A stretch of DNA of 28,334 nucleotides from Nitrospiraceae bacterium (GTDB lineage: Bacteria; Nitrospirota; Thermodesulfovibrionia; UBA6902). The notes beneath the pieces were generated by a model. It did no database searches. It was not told the DNA's origin and was given only the letters and a program-made list of their open reading frames with translations. Made by a program: the position numbers and the translations under genes. Below are positions 27,135 to 28,334 of the stretch, in pieces (within the stretch, counting starts at the first letter, position 1; each line of letters begins with the position of its first letter). Location: NCBI GenBank assembly GCA_020354155.1, contig CP070644.1, positions 1,990,204 through 2,018,537 of the forward strand. The letters are read 5' to 3'.

Positions 27135-27874
27135 TGACCTTGCTCAGGAACAGATCTCTTGGATTGGTCCCCCTTTTTCAAAACCTTCAGACCATAGGGA
27201 CACACTGCCGAGCATATGCCGCAGTTATGACCCTTATGGTATTGGGAATAATGCTCTTTTTTCCATTGATCACAGGCATTGACGTCGAGAATTTTTTCTC
27301 TGGCCACGCCTGGCAACCATTCTGCTCCATGCAATGCGTGAGCAGGACAGGCATCGACACAGCGGGTGCATCGGCCGCAGAAATTCTTCCTGGCCGGAAT
27401 CCCGCAGGGAATCTCCAGATCAGTAAAGATCGTACCGAGACGGACCCAGGAGCCATACTCCCTGGTAATAAGCTGACAATGGCGTCCTATCCAGCCCAGC
27501 CCGGCCCGGGTTGCTGCAGTTTTATGGGGGAAATCGCCTCTTATGTTGATGGTATCTGTTCGATCAGACGCTGCCAGTGCAAGGGCTCTGTTCCCCCGAC
27601 GTTCCAGTTCATGTACTAATTCCACAGAAATTTGATTAATACGGGCATTTACCCTTGCATATTCATCGGCATAGGCCTGGTTCGGGCCCTGCTGGATTCC
27701 TTCCATGATCCGGGGATTCATGGGAATGGCCAAGGACAGGGCGAAGCCAAAGTCCTCTCCGGCAGAATCCGCTGGTGTGGAAAAATCATGGAGATCAGCG
27801 GCACCCCAGAGATGAATTCCCCTGTCCTTCATCCATTGGCTTAGCCATGAAGGGACAGAAGCTGTGTTATTCAT
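27131..27874 (-). CDS. QueG/epoxyqueuosine-reductase-like 2x[4Fe-4S] protein
   Basis: HKTAATRAGLGWIG, YGSWVRLGTIFTD, CGRCTRCVDACP, C...CGICSAVCP; 4-nt overlap with the AEC gene. Confidence 0.8.
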   Translation of the reverse strand: MNNTASVPSWLSQWMKDRGIHLWGAADLHDFSTPADSAGEDFGFALSLAIPMNPRIMEGIQQGPNQAYADEYARVNARINQISVELVHELERRGNRALALAASDRTDTINIRGDFPHKTAATRAGLGWIGRHCQLITREYGSWVRLGTIFTDLEIPCGIPARKNFCGRCTRCVDACPAHALHGAEWLPGVAREKILDVNACDQWKKEHYSQYHKGHNCGICSAVCPYGLKVLKKGDQSKRSVPEQGQ

Positions 27875-27898
27875 AGGAAGGACTCCTTTGTAATTATT

Positions 27899-28334
27899 TT
27901 ATGATGGGATGAGAGGTAAATACACAGGTTTCCAGATCATCTTCTCAATAAGTAATTTAAGACGATCTTCATCATTGTTGTGCTGAAAACTGCCGAAGGC
28001 ATAGGTCCCGCTGATATTTTTATGAATGGCTGTCCGCCCGACGGCTATTGCTACTCTCCGGCTCACTTCAGCCAAAGAATCTATGGGCGGCATCAGGATC
28101 CTCTTTTTCCTGTCTTCTTCAGTTACGCATTCGGACACTGCGTATGCTGCTGCTGTGAAAAACTCTGGAATGACCTCTCTTGAGCCGGAAGCAAGAATGC
28201 CGAGCCCAACACCGGGAAATATGAATACATTGTTACACTGACCTATCCGAGTCTTTGATCCTTTCTGCTCGACGGCTTCAAAGGGGCTGCCCGTTGCAAC
28301 GAGTGCCTGACCTGCGGTCCAGCGAAAAATATCT
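27899..28334 (-). CDS. maeA: NAD(P)-dependent malic enzyme, C-terminal part (5' end off the window)
   Basis: Hand translation from the window edge: WTAGQALVATGSPF...IGQCNNVFIFPGVGLG, continuing in frame into the track ORF 27899-28138. Confidence 0.92.
   Translation of the reverse strand, partial: DIFRWTAGQALVATGSPFEAVEQKGSKTRIGQCNNVFIFPGVGLGILASGSREVIPEFFTAAAYAVSECVTEEDRKKRILMPPIDSLAEVSRRVAIAVGRTAIHKNISGTYAFGSFQHNNDEDRLKLLIEKMIWKPVYLPLIPS

Overview
A 28.3-kb bacterial chromosomal window of moderate GC. Gene style suggests an anaerobic Nitrospirota- or Desulfobacterota-like organism (inference only). Five blocks: (1) 1-7940, minus strand: a nitrogen-uptake cluster with three ammonium transporters (two AmtB-type, one Amt1-like), two GlnK/PII genes (one frameshifted), a TorF/Gcw-like porin, two stand-alone NifA/Fis-type HTH microproteins and a 497-aa divergent RelA/SpoT-like nucleotidyltransferase. 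The cluster forms four units, each preceded by a sigma54 -24/-12 element and a paired ACAAWWTTGT upstream motif at helically phased distances. (2) 8.3-17.9 kb: mixed genes, including a cysteine synthase with an apparent ATC start, PilZ, CGGC, tautomerase, orphan MurC-like ligase, MATE, small proteins and mtnP-apt. (3) 17.9-21.2 kb: a decayed integron with four attC sites and three self-promoted cassettes (HigBA-like, SoFic-like Fic, VapBC), plus two integrase C-terminal remnants. (4) A cluster of palindromic elements and two lipoproteins. (5) A C4-dicarboxylate cluster (malic enzyme, QueG-like Fe-S protein, AEC transporter, sdhCAB). The most novel candidate is the sigma54 nitrogen module, which couples leaderless HTH microproteins and an atypical RSH-fold enzyme to Amt/PII. 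All family calls come from motif recognition by eye, not from database searches.
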